Below are positions 9,423 to 18,257 of a stretch of DNA of 64,000 bases, piece after piece. The DNA comes from an uncultured Halanaerobiales bacterium (GTDB taxonomy: Bacteria; Bacillota; Halanaerobiia; Halanaerobiales; M55B127). Every line of letters begins with the position of its first letter. The first letter of the stretch is position 1. The stretch spans positions 8,740 to 72,739 of the forward strand of contig CAYSHP010000005.1 in NCBI GenBank assembly GCA_964430875.1, read 5' to 3'. Below the pieces are notes generated by a model, which worked only from the letters and a program-made list of their open reading frames with translations, was not told the origin of the DNA and did no database searches. The position numbers and the translations under genes were made by a program.

Positions 9423-9770
9423 AGATTTTGTACATAAAACCTGATGGGCTTACTCTCAGGATGTAAGTGCTATTTTAAAAATAATTCGATATTATTTTTT
9501 AATATGATATATTACTAATAAGTTAAGGTGAATCTAAAAACTGAATATATGGAGTTGCAATAGGAATTGAAGCGATAACCAAGCTCCTCTATTGCGTAAA
9601 ATATTCAAGGTATCAGAATTCCTTAATCGTCAGTACCGTAGGGCATACGGGATTTTAAGCCTCTAGAGAAACTGTAAGACCTAATTTTTACTTGATACTT
9701 AATATCAAATAAGAATAGGCTCGTTTCTAGGAATGAAGAATCCTCGTGGGCTTGCCCCGAGGAAAGTCAA
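9423..9770 (+). mobile_element. Non-autonomous IS200/IS605-family element (internally deleted tnpB derivative)
   Basis: Left hairpin CCTGATGGGCTTACTCTCAGG (9440-9460) and right hairpin CCTCGTGGGCTTGCCCCGAGG (9742-9762). GAAT at the right hairpin foot and TCAA terminus (9767-9770). TTAT target motif at 9419-9422. Residual TnpB C-terminal codons TVGHTG at 9635-9652. Confidence 0.8.
9485..9513 (+). promoter_or_regulatory. IS-internal promoter candidate (TTCGAT-17-TATATT, extended -10 TG)
   Basis: Points toward the right end and is followed by the relic RBS AAGGTGA. Confidence 0.45.
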
Positions 9771-9790
9771 TAAAAAGATTACCATCTTGC
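9630..9790 (+). ncRNA. Putative omegaRNA/reRNA scaffold plus flanking guide
   Basis: TnpB-3'-end-type sequence ACCGTAGGGCATACGGG...GCCTCTAGAGAAAC...GTAAGACC...AGGCTCGTTTCTAGG...GAAGAATCC with complementary segments, ending at TCAA. Boundaries are approximate. Confidence 0.5.
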
Positions 9791-10720
9791 TCTATAACCT
9801 CTGGTGTCTATATGAATAAAGGGACTATGAGATACCGTTTTACGATAAGAACTCAAACCCCCTATAAACTCTTTGTACTCTCTTCTTTGAGAAGATTCTT
9901 CAACTGTCTCGTAAAGTATATCCGCATCTCTTAAGTTTACTTTGCCATCTCCATTTAAATCATCCATCTGACCATCTTTAGGTCTAACATCAATATAGAT
10001 ATCAGCAGCATCTCCAAAAATATGTCTACTGTATTTCACATTACCTAATGAACTGTTATAAAAAGGGGTACGATAACCACTCATGATATGAAATGTATTA
10101 GCATTAAATCCTTTTTCATTAATTTTAAGTAATAAATATTCTAATTTGTTCAGTAATAACTCCTGTATGACTATATATTTTGGATAATTACTCGGTTGTT
10201 TACAAATAAATTGTCTTAATTGAAAATGAGGAGTTAAATAAGTATCTTTATTTTGTCTAGTTACTTTTATAAAACCCTTTGGCAAAGTATAATTTTCACT
10301 TTTACTTGCTGGTATTCTGGGATAATATCCAATTCGATAACCATTTAGATAGCCATTCTTTAAATTATTATAGGGTTCTAAAACAAAAACATTAATTTTT
10401 ATTTTTTCATTAGTTTTTTCATCAGTAACCCAAATATTATAATTTCCAACTTTGTTAGGGGTTTTCATAACCCATTCATCTTTGTTTTTAATGATCATCT
10501 TTAAATTATTGTGACTGACCTTATAATTATCATTAAATTTAGGATTATATACATTCAAGGTAATATTCTCACCCGGTAATACAAAAATACTATAAATTTC
10601 ATGAGAAATTAAAGTATTATTATAAACTAATCTAAAGCTAGAATTTCCTTCATTAAAAGCTGCTGCTGGTATTGATAGATAAATTAATATAAATAAAGCT
10701 ATTAATATTTTTTTAGTCAT
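9779..10720 (-). CDS. Peptidase M15 family D-Ala-D-Ala/L,D-endopeptidase (YcbK/MepK-like, long exported form)
   Basis: MSGYRT, SRHIFGDAADI and FIHIDTRG zinc motifs; signal peptide. Confidence 0.85.
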   Translation of the reverse strand: MTKKILIALFILIYLSIPAAAFNEGNSSFRLVYNNTLISHEIYSIFVLPGENITLNVYNPKFNDNYKVSHNNLKMIIKNKDEWVMKTPNKVGNYNIWVTDEKTNEKIKINVFVLEPYNNLKNGYLNGYRIGYYPRIPASKSENYTLPKGFIKVTRQNKDTYLTPHFQLRQFICKQPSNYPKYIVIQELLLNKLEYLLLKINEKGFNANTFHIMSGYRTPFYNSSLGNVKYSRHIFGDAADIYIDVRPKDGQMDDLNGDGKVNLRDADILYETVEESSQRREYKEFIGGLSSYRKTVSHSPFIHIDTRGYRARW

Positions 10721-10722
10721 TA

Positions 10723-12360
10723 TTAACCTCTTTCTATATTATAGTAAGCATCAATTAATCTTTGATCGCGGTTATAGATGTCATTTCTAAAATGTATTTT
10801 ATAATTGTTATTGACCCAAGCAGTCATGTAAACTATATGAATAGGTATTTTGTTTTTTAAGTATATAATTTGTTCATTATTTTTTGCTAATTTTTGCTTA
10901 ATTTTTTTTTCATCCCATTGTTCATCTTTTTTAAGTATATATTCTGCAAGTTTAAATGGTTCTTGTACTCTTATGCAACCAGAACTAAAGTTTCTTTGTT
11001 CTGCTGAAAATAATTCTTTACTGGGAGTGTCATGTAAATATACACTATATTTATTTGGAAACATGAACTTGATCTGTCCAAGTGCATTATTAGGGCCAGG
11101 TTGTTGTCTTAAAAAGTAATTAAAATTATCTTCATTTAAATTATCCCAATTTATTTTTGTATAATCAACTTCAACTAATTCTCCATTAGATACTTTTAAT
11201 ACTTTATAATTATTTTCAGGAAGATAGTTTATATCTTTTTTTATTAATGGTAATTTATCTAAAGCTGCAATTTTTTTGGGAACTGTCCAAGAAGGATTTA
11301 ATACAATGTAACTTATTTTTTCGCTAAAAACAGGTGTACTTCTCTGTCTTTGACCTACAATTACTTTTAAATTAAATAATTCTTCTTTATTTTCAATTAC
11401 CCTTAACTTATAATCGGCTATATTAACCAAGATATATGGATTACCTAAAGACTGAGGCAGCCAACGTAATCTTTCCATATTTATAATTATTTTTTTAATT
11501 TTTTCTTTAACACTAATATTTAAAGCGCTTTTTGTTTTGGGGCCAACCACCCCATCTGGATTTAAACCATTTCTTTTTTGAAAATTTATAACGGCTTTTT
11601 CTAATAGTTGACCAAATTCTTCATCCATAATCCCCTGAAAATCTTGGGTCTGTTTAAGCCTCTTTTTTAAATTAAGTACATCTTCCCCATTCATCCCTTT
11701 ATCGATTACTCTAGAGCCTGTAAATGTTATAAAACCCCCGTTTTTTTTAATGGTTTTATATTCTTTTAATTTATTTCTAAGTTTTATATAATTTTCTGAT
11801 TGGGGCAATAATGAATACAAAGACTCAATAACATTGTTGTTTTGAACAGTATTATTTATAAAATTATAAAGTTCTGTATCATTTTGAGTAATTTCCCAAT
11901 CTCTTTTTAAAGTTTCCGGATTTAAAATTCCCTCTTTAAAATGAGATCTAAGCAATAAAAAAGAGTTTGTCATAAGAATATCAATTAAAGCTAATTCTTG
12001 TCTATTTAATGTCGTTTTATGGAAATACTCTGATAAAAAGTCATAGCGATAATCTTTTGGATTTAAACCTTCATTTTCTATATTCTTTATTACCTCCATT
12101 AATTGATAGGCTGAATCTTTAAACCAAACCTCTCCAAACCAAAAAGGGTTATAATTGTTTATTTCATATAAGCTGTTCAGCTTATTCAAAAAATATGGAG
12201 GGCTAAACTTTAAATTATTTATTTCATATTCTTTAAATGTTGAAAGTTGTTCTTTAATTTGATAATTAAGATTAGTCTGAGCAGATAAATGTACTGGCGA
12301 CATTATTAAAAAAGAGAAAAACAATATTAAAATTATAAAATACAAATAAATTTTTTTCAT
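10723..12360 (-). CDS. L,D-transpeptidase, YcbB/LdtD-like, with peptidoglycan-binding domain
   Basis: INMERLRWLP, PG-binding FQKRNGLNPDGVVG and catalytic YLHDTP...SSGCIRV. Confidence 0.9.
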   Translation of the reverse strand: MKKIYLYFIILILFFSFLIMSPVHLSAQTNLNYQIKEQLSTFKEYEINNLKFSPPYFLNKLNSLYEINNYNPFWFGEVWFKDSAYQLMEVIKNIENEGLNPKDYRYDFLSEYFHKTTLNRQELALIDILMTNSFLLLRSHFKEGILNPETLKRDWEITQNDTELYNFINNTVQNNNVIESLYSLLPQSENYIKLRNKLKEYKTIKKNGGFITFTGSRVIDKGMNGEDVLNLKKRLKQTQDFQGIMDEEFGQLLEKAVINFQKRNGLNPDGVVGPKTKSALNISVKEKIKKIIINMERLRWLPQSLGNPYILVNIADYKLRVIENKEELFNLKVIVGQRQRSTPVFSEKISYIVLNPSWTVPKKIAALDKLPLIKKDINYLPENNYKVLKVSNGELVEVDYTKINWDNLNEDNFNYFLRQQPGPNNALGQIKFMFPNKYSVYLHDTPSKELFSAEQRNFSSGCIRVQEPFKLAEYILKKDEQWDEKKIKQKLAKNNEQIIYLKNKIPIHIVYMTAWVNNNYKIHFRNDIYNRDQRLIDAYYNIERG

Positions 12361-12459
12361 ATAATATCCCTTCTTGTAAAGATAATATTATAGTATGCCA
12401 AATTATCACAGTAATACCAGATTTAAGATATATTTATTTGTATTCATTATATATATACA

Positions 12460-12488
12460 ATAGTAAATAATTTTTATCACTAAGTCAA
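12460..12488 (-). promoter_or_regulatory. sigma-A promoter TTGACT-17-TACTAT
   Basis: Upstream of the ldt gene with 17-bp spacing. Confidence 0.6.
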
Positions 12489-12544
12489 ATGTATTTTATT
12501 CCAATTAAATCAATCTATGGATTTTCTTAAATATTTTTGCATCT

Positions 12545-13612
12545 TTATATACCTAAAAACCATAAAACAAATAATAATAACATTAAAATGTTTAAAAATA
12601 ACATTCTTTTCCTGTTAATTTCGGAATTTATCAAATTATATAACTCATTTACTTTTTTAATTCTATTTTCAACTAAATTTTTCCACCGATTTATTTGGAA
12701 AGCACTATTTGCTAGATAATATAGACGGGCTAAATACCACTGCCCTTGAAATTTTTCAAAATTATCCATTACATCAATAACTCTTTCTAATTCAACCCGT
12801 AAATCAGCAATTTCTTTAACCTTTTTACTCATACCTGATTTTATAAATGGTATAAACCTTAATATACTTTTATTATTACTTAACAAATATTCAGAAAGAT
12901 AATCATCAATAAAACTATCATAGGTCTGAAGCTTATTAAATTGTATATTAGCTAACTCGATTATGAAAAGTTTCTCTGTATAATTTTCTTTATTATCTAG
13001 AATAAAAGCATTATTCCAATGAACAACTATATAATCATTTTTTAAAAAACTATTGCTGTAACGCATCACAGCTTCTTTTTGCTGCTGGCTGAAATTTATA
13101 TCTTGATACTCATCAGATAATAAACTTACAATAATTTTTTCGTTATTTTCTAATAATTCTTTTTTGTCTATATTACCCTTATTATCAATACAATATACAG
13201 AATAAAGATGATTAAATTTACTTAAGATATTATCATTTAAACCTTCAAATTTATCTGATATCTTTTGGTAAATTTCGTCAAAATCTTGTTCTATTTGGGG
13301 ACGAGGGTCATATTTTTTTATCTCTTCATGAAATTCTTCTAATGAGTTTACTTCATATTTAACTTCATACATCATTGACATAGCGCCATAATCATATACT
13401 TTAGCTGTAACCTCTTTCTCTTTTTCTTTACAATCATAAGTAAATTCAATCGGTTCAGGGTAAGAAACAAAAGATGGGTTTTCAAGATTATCATCAAAAT
13501 CATAGGTTCCCATATATTTAATTCCAGATTCTTTTAAATTTTTCATTATCTCTTTTTTTCTTAAAGTAGTACCAAGATTATAATATTTATATACCTTCAT
13601 ATATATATCCAT
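12545..13612 (-). CDS. Hypothetical protein with C-terminal TM helix, RMD1/DUF155-like
   Basis: VYDYGAMS, VVHWNNAFI, ELANIQ and WYLARLY pattern; helical C-terminus with a terminal TM segment. Confidence 0.45.
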   Translation of the reverse strand: MDIYMKVYKYYNLGTTLRKKEIMKNLKESGIKYMGTYDFDDNLENPSFVSYPEPIEFTYDCKEKEKEVTAKVYDYGAMSMMYEVKYEVNSLEEFHEEIKKYDPRPQIEQDFDEIYQKISDKFEGLNDNILSKFNHLYSVYCIDNKGNIDKKELLENNEKIIVSLLSDEYQDINFSQQQKEAVMRYSNSFLKNDYIVVHWNNAFILDNKENYTEKLFIIELANIQFNKLQTYDSFIDDYLSEYLLSNNKSILRFIPFIKSGMSKKVKEIADLRVELERVIDVMDNFEKFQGQWYLARLYYLANSAFQINRWKNLVENRIKKVNELYNLINSEINRKRMLFLNILMLLLFVLWFLGI

Positions 13613-13685
13613 AACATACTTCCTCCAAAATATTATTAATTTATTATAAGATTAAAACAAAAAATATGATAATGCAAACTTCACC

Positions 13686-14318
13686 TTAAGTTTTTTTCAT
13701 CAATATGCTTTTTTCACAATCTGTCTTTATTATTTGCAAAGGATAATTATTTTCAATATATTTAAAAGTGTTTAAATTATAGAATGTAATATGAGTACTA
13801 TCCCGACGGTACCACCAGTCTTTAAAATGATCTATTTGGTTGTGAAAAGAAGTCATCACAGCTAGATAGGCGTTAGGCTTCATTAACTTAATTAGCTTTG
13901 TAATCTCTTCCTTGGGATCTTGGAAATGTTCAAATACTTCTGTCGAAGTAATTAAATCATATTGTTGATCTTGAAACTTAAGATCCGGATAGAAAAAAGG
14001 GTCATACTTAGTAACATTTAAACCCTTGTTTTCTAATATATCAGCTAAAACCGGGCCGGGGCCACATCCATATTCTAAAACTTCATTTATTTCATCAAGG
14101 TGTTCAATAAATAACTTTTTTATAAACTCTTTAAACATATTAATATAACCTTCGTTTTCATGTGTGTTTTCATGAGTTTTGTAAATCTCAAATTCTTGTT
14201 TTTCAGAAGGTTCAGCCCCTTTTTCAATAAAAATCAATTCACAATTAGTACAAAAATAATAATTTTCTTCAATACTAATCTTTTTAATTCGCTTACTTCC
14301 ACATAATTTGCATTTCAC
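13686..14318 (-). CDS. Class I SAM-dependent methyltransferase with N-terminal Zn ribbon
   Basis: CKLC...CTNC, LEYGCGPG, YDPFF, ITSTEVFEHF and THITFY. Confidence 0.85.
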   Translation of the reverse strand: MKCKLCGSKRIKKISIEENYYFCTNCELIFIEKGAEPSEKQEFEIYKTHENTHENEGYINMFKEFIKKLFIEHLDEINEVLEYGCGPGPVLADILENKGLNVTKYDPFFYPDLKFQDQQYDLITSTEVFEHFQDPKEEITKLIKLMKPNAYLAVMTSFHNQIDHFKDWWYRRDSTHITFYNLNTFKYIENNYPLQIIKTDCEKSILMKKT

Positions 14319-14345
14319 AATTTACACCTCTGATCTCTAAAATAT

Positions 14346-14831
14346 TTAAATCGCAAGAATTAAAAACCATATGATTACAATAGTTAAAAGAAAAAATTTT
14401 ACTACTCCACTCCCAACAAAAGCAAAAACAGTTGAAAAAGCTATTTTTAAGGGCTCATTATAATTTTTTTGTTGACTTCTATAATATTCTGCTAAAAATA
14501 TCGCTGCAAAGGGCCCAATAATAATACCTAGTGGTCCAAATATTACCAAACCAATTGCCAAACCTATTAAGGCTGCTATTACAGATACATTACTTCCCCC
14601 AGATTTTTTAACAGCAATTGCATTTGCTAAAAAGTCTGATAAGACGGTAATAATAGTTACAATCACTAAAACTATCCAGAAAATAGTTGGTAAATTAAAG
14701 GGAAATGGTCCATACTGATAGATTATTACAGCCACCCAAACTGGAATAATATCAGGAATCATCGGTATAAAAACACCGATTAAACCCATTATAAATAGTA
14801 TTATAATTAAGATCCAATATATACTAAGCAA
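14346..14831 (-). CDS. DUF456 family membrane protein (YqgC-like)
   Basis: GVFIPMIP, KKSGGS and GIIIGPFAAIFLAEY; all hydrophobic. Confidence 0.8.
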   Translation of the reverse strand: MLSIYWILIIILFIMGLIGVFIPMIPDIIPVWVAVIIYQYGPFPFNLPTIFWIVLVIVTIITVLSDFLANAIAVKKSGGSNVSVIAALIGLAIGLVIFGPLGIIIGPFAAIFLAEYYRSQQKNYNEPLKIAFSTVFAFVGSGVVKFFLLTIVIIWFLILAI

Positions 14832-14887
14832 AGTTATTCTCCTTTCACTTTCTTATATTATTATTTTATCATTAATTCATAAAATAG

Positions 14888-14917
14888 AAAAATTCCCCAT
14901 AATGGTATGAGGAATTT
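14888..14917 (-). terminator. Intrinsic terminator
   Basis: Minus strand AAATTCCTCATA-CCAT-TATGGGGAATTT followed by T-rich sequence. Confidence 0.6.
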
Positions 14918-14974
14918 ATTTATTATATTATAACATAATGGTTTAACATATTTCTATACTAACTTTTTTAAAAA

Positions 14975-15739
14975 TTAAAATCCTTTTTCTAAAAGCCACT
15001 CTGATAGTTCTGCTTCTCTCCTCTTTATATCATTTTTGGTTCTATCAAATTTACCTAATATATATTCTCCTTCAATATTTCCATCTAACATAAATAAAAC
15101 TCGTTCCGATTGAGATGCAACCTTCACATCATGTGTAACCATCATAACTGTTGTACCCTCTTCATTTATAGAATGGAATATATCCATTATATTGGATGCT
15201 GCTTTTGAATTAAGAGCACCAGTTGGTTCATCACCAAATAGAACCAATGGATCATTAATTAAAGCCCGACAAATAGCAGCTCTTTGAAGTTGTCCCCCCG
15301 AAGCCTGGGTTATATCATTATCTGCTAAATCTTCAATACCTGTCTTTTCCATTAAAGCTATAGCTTTCTTATTTATTTCATCTTTTTCAAATTCATCGGC
15401 CATATAAGCTGACAAAATAATGTTATCTATAATACCTAAATTTTTCAATAAATTAATCTGTTGGAAAACAAATCCCATTTTCTTTAAACGTAACTTTGAT
15501 AAGTCTTTTTCTGATAGTTCGTTTATTTTAGAACCGGCAAATATAACTTCTCCTTCTGTCATTTTATCCATACCGCTTACATTATAAAGTAAAGTACTTT
15601 TACCAGAGCCCGAAGGACCCATCACAGAAACAAATTCACCTTCTTTTATAGATAAATCTATACCTTTTAAAACTGGTTTTGTACGCTCATTTACTAAATA
15701 TGATTTAGATAAATTTCTTGTTTCTAAGATATTTTTCAT
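14975..15739 (-). CDS. ABC exporter ATP-binding protein (MacB/LolD/BceA-like)
   Basis: GPSGSGKST, ASGGQLQR, FGDEPTGALN and MVTHD. Start 15739 chosen by RBS spacing. Confidence 0.9.
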   Translation of the reverse strand: MKNILETRNLSKSYLVNERTKPVLKGIDLSIKEGEFVSVMGPSGSGKSTLLYNVSGMDKMTEGEVIFAGSKINELSEKDLSKLRLKKMGFVFQQINLLKNLGIIDNIILSAYMADEFEKDEINKKAIALMEKTGIEDLADNDITQASGGQLQRAAICRALINDPLVLFGDEPTGALNSKAASNIMDIFHSINEEGTTVMMVTHDVKVASQSERVLFMLDGNIEGEYILGKFDRTKNDIKRREAELSEWLLEKGF

Positions 15740-15754
15740 AATTATCATACTCCT

Positions 15755-18085
15755 TTATTCGAAATTAATGTCTTCAATACTGTATTCTTTTATTGAATTA
15801 ATACTTAATACAGTAGTAATTGTCACTATAGCCATCAAAATAACTGGGGTTAAAATATATGCCTCTATAGGATTTATTATAAAATCAATTTGTGAGGCTC
15901 CAACTATTGATAATAAACCACTTAGTAATTTTTCGCCTAAAATATTTGCTATTACTGTACCAATAATTATACCAAGATTTAATATGATAAGAGCCTTTGT
16001 AATATATTGATTTTTAATATCTTTTAAGGAAATTCCAATACTTTTCATAATAGCTATTTGTGATATATCTTTAGCGACTAGCATTTTTAAAAATAAGGAA
16101 GTAATCAGGATTGAAATTAAGATTGCTATGGTAATAGCAGTTACTGTTAAAAGCTCTAGTTGTTCAATTGTATTAACAACAGTCTGATCAATATATTCTT
16201 CTATACCAGTTACTTTGACATTTTGAAATCTATCTTTATACTCCCATACTTTTTCATCTACAGAAGTATTGACATTAAAATTTATGTTATACCAGGCAGC
16301 TGTCTCATAATTTGGACTTATATTTGCTTTAGCTGTTTTACCGCCATTAGTAATATCCTGATAGATCCCCGTTAATATCATCTTTCTCTGTTTTCCATTA
16401 ACCACTAATTGAAGATTATCACCAACCTTTTTATCTAACTCATCCGCACTTAAATAAGATAATGCCATTTCATCTTTTTCTTGGGGGGCTTTGCCCTCTA
16501 AATAATCAATGGGAAACACTGTAAAATCACCTGTTTCCACAAACATACTTTCCGGTAAACCTTCCTGGTTAATAATGTCATATTTACTAGTTATATAAGC
16601 AGCATACTTTGTTACTTCAGGATCATTTTCTATATAAGTCTTTAAATCATTAAAACGCTCTTGTATTTGTTCAGTATTCCTTAAATCTAAAATAATATCA
16701 CTTTTCCCAATCCCCATATATGTAATGAACTCAGGAGATTGAATTGTATTTAAAAAATTAAGTGGTACTATTATAATAAAAGTTGCAAGTACAAATACTA
16801 TAAATAAAATAATATAGGTTTTAAATCTCAAAACTACATCTCTTAGCCCTAAAAATATATTTGAATTAAATACTTTGTTTTTATACAAAGCTAACTTACT
16901 ACTGTTTGCATAACTGCCTCCCGCACTTCCCATTCTTATTGCTTCAACAGCAGAAATTTTGTTAAATCTTCTTAATACTATAAAAGAAAAAGCAATCACA
17001 ATAATCGCAATGATTAAAGAAGCTAAAAACGGCAAAGTAAGTTCAACAAAAGATAAAGGAGCAGTACCTATGTAAATCATAATATTTTCTGTAAAAAGAT
17101 TATTAATAAATAAAGAAAATAAAAATCCCATAATAGAAGCACTAACTGCTAAAATTACATACTTTAACAAATAAATCTTTTTAATTTTAGAAGGCAAGAT
17201 ACCAATTGCTTTCATAACTCCTATTTCTCTATAATCTTCTTCAAGAGTAAGTAAAATAACAAATCTTAAACATAATAGTGAAATTATACATAACAGTAAA
17301 CTAATTAAGATTACGACCGCTGCAATTAATCCATCTGTTAAACTATTGGTAATTCTCAATATATCATAATCTATGGTAGGTCCCCTTTGAGGCAAGTTTG
17401 CATTACTATATTGATTTCCAAATTTCTGTAAATTATTAAGATCATTTAATTGAAAACTAATTAAATATTCAATTTCACCAAAGTTCTTCTTTAAATTATT
17501 AAAGTCTTCATTGCTAACTACAAAACGTTTAGAAGATATTATCGAAGGATTCATCTGAACATCTCTTACAAAATCTGTGATTATAAAGGAGATTTTTAAC
17601 TGTTCATTTCCAATAACTATATTATCACCTATATTTAAATCTCTTCTTTGCTGATAATGAATTGGTACTGCAATTTCTCCTTGGTTTACTTCTATGATTT
17701 CATTATCTAAATTTAATAGGTAATCAAAATTTTTGTTTTGTTTTACAAAACCATTATCAATTAAAGAATCCTTTTCGGCTGTATCACTATTTATATAGAT
17801 ATTACTTCCTGAAATATTTAATAATTCTCCTATCTGATGATCTTTAACATATTTATTTTCTTCACTCCATTTATTAATATGGTTTCGGTCAATCTGGCCA
17901 GAATGACTTTGTGTAAAATGGGGAGCAGATGAACTTTCAAATAAATAGTCTAATGAATTAACTAGATTAATTATCATATTTGTACCACTAGACATCAGCA
18001 TAGCGGAAAGCATTATAAATATAAATACCGCAAACATTATAATCTTTTTCTTAGAAAAATCGTTTTTGATAATTTTTAGTATCAT
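15755..18085 (-). CDS. FtsX-like ABC exporter permease (two FtsX repeats)
   Basis: REIGVMKAIGI and QIAIMKSIGI motifs; large extracytoplasmic loops. Confidence 0.85.
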   Translation of the reverse strand: MILKIIKNDFSKKKIIMFAVFIFIMLSAMLMSSGTNMIINLVNSLDYLFESSSAPHFTQSHSGQIDRNHINKWSEENKYVKDHQIGELLNISGSNIYINSDTAEKDSLIDNGFVKQNKNFDYLLNLDNEIIEVNQGEIAVPIHYQQRRDLNIGDNIVIGNEQLKISFIITDFVRDVQMNPSIISSKRFVVSNEDFNNLKKNFGEIEYLISFQLNDLNNLQKFGNQYSNANLPQRGPTIDYDILRITNSLTDGLIAAVVILISLLLCIISLLCLRFVILLTLEEDYREIGVMKAIGILPSKIKKIYLLKYVILAVSASIMGFLFSLFINNLFTENIMIYIGTAPLSFVELTLPFLASLIIAIIVIAFSFIVLRRFNKISAVEAIRMGSAGGSYANSSKLALYKNKVFNSNIFLGLRDVVLRFKTYIILFIVFVLATFIIIVPLNFLNTIQSPEFITYMGIGKSDIILDLRNTEQIQERFNDLKTYIENDPEVTKYAAYITSKYDIINQEGLPESMFVETGDFTVFPIDYLEGKAPQEKDEMALSYLSADELDKKVGDNLQLVVNGKQRKMILTGIYQDITNGGKTAKANISPNYETAAWYNINFNVNTSVDEKVWEYKDRFQNVKVTGIEEYIDQTVVNTIEQLELLTVTAITIAILISILITSLFLKMLVAKDISQIAIMKSIGISLKDIKNQYITKALIILNLGIIIGTVIANILGEKLLSGLLSIVGASQIDFIINPIEAYILTPVILMAIVTITTVLSINSIKEYSIEDINFE

Positions 18086-18141
18086 TGCACTTCTCCTTAT
18101 TTAGAATATTTTGCTGAAATAAATTTTATTAAAATATAATG

Positions 18142-18170
18142 AAAAATCACTTACTATAAAAGCAAGTGAT
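18142..18170 (-). terminator. Intrinsic terminator
   Basis: Minus strand ATCACTTGC-TTTTATA-GTAAGTGAT-TTTT. Confidence 0.55.
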
Positions 18171-18257
18171 ATAATATATATTTTTATAATTATACACTGG
18201 ATTTTATAATCCTCCTTTTTTTAGGGAAAATCGTTAATTTAACTTATATAAAAGTAA

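Noticed and set aside
9388-9435. N-terminal extension of DUF4914 given by the ORF track
   Set aside because: The ATG at 9435 is inside the IS left end; ATG 9387 has a proper GGGAG RBS.
9423-9770. Riboswitch or T-box leader for DUF4914
   Set aside because: The structure is better explained by paired IS200/IS605 end hairpins, the TCAA end and TnpB relic codons on the opposite strand.
9746-9934. 62-aa + strand ORF starting in the IS right hairpin
   Set aside because: It begins inside the hairpin, overlaps the M15 gene antisense and has no RBS or recognisable motif.
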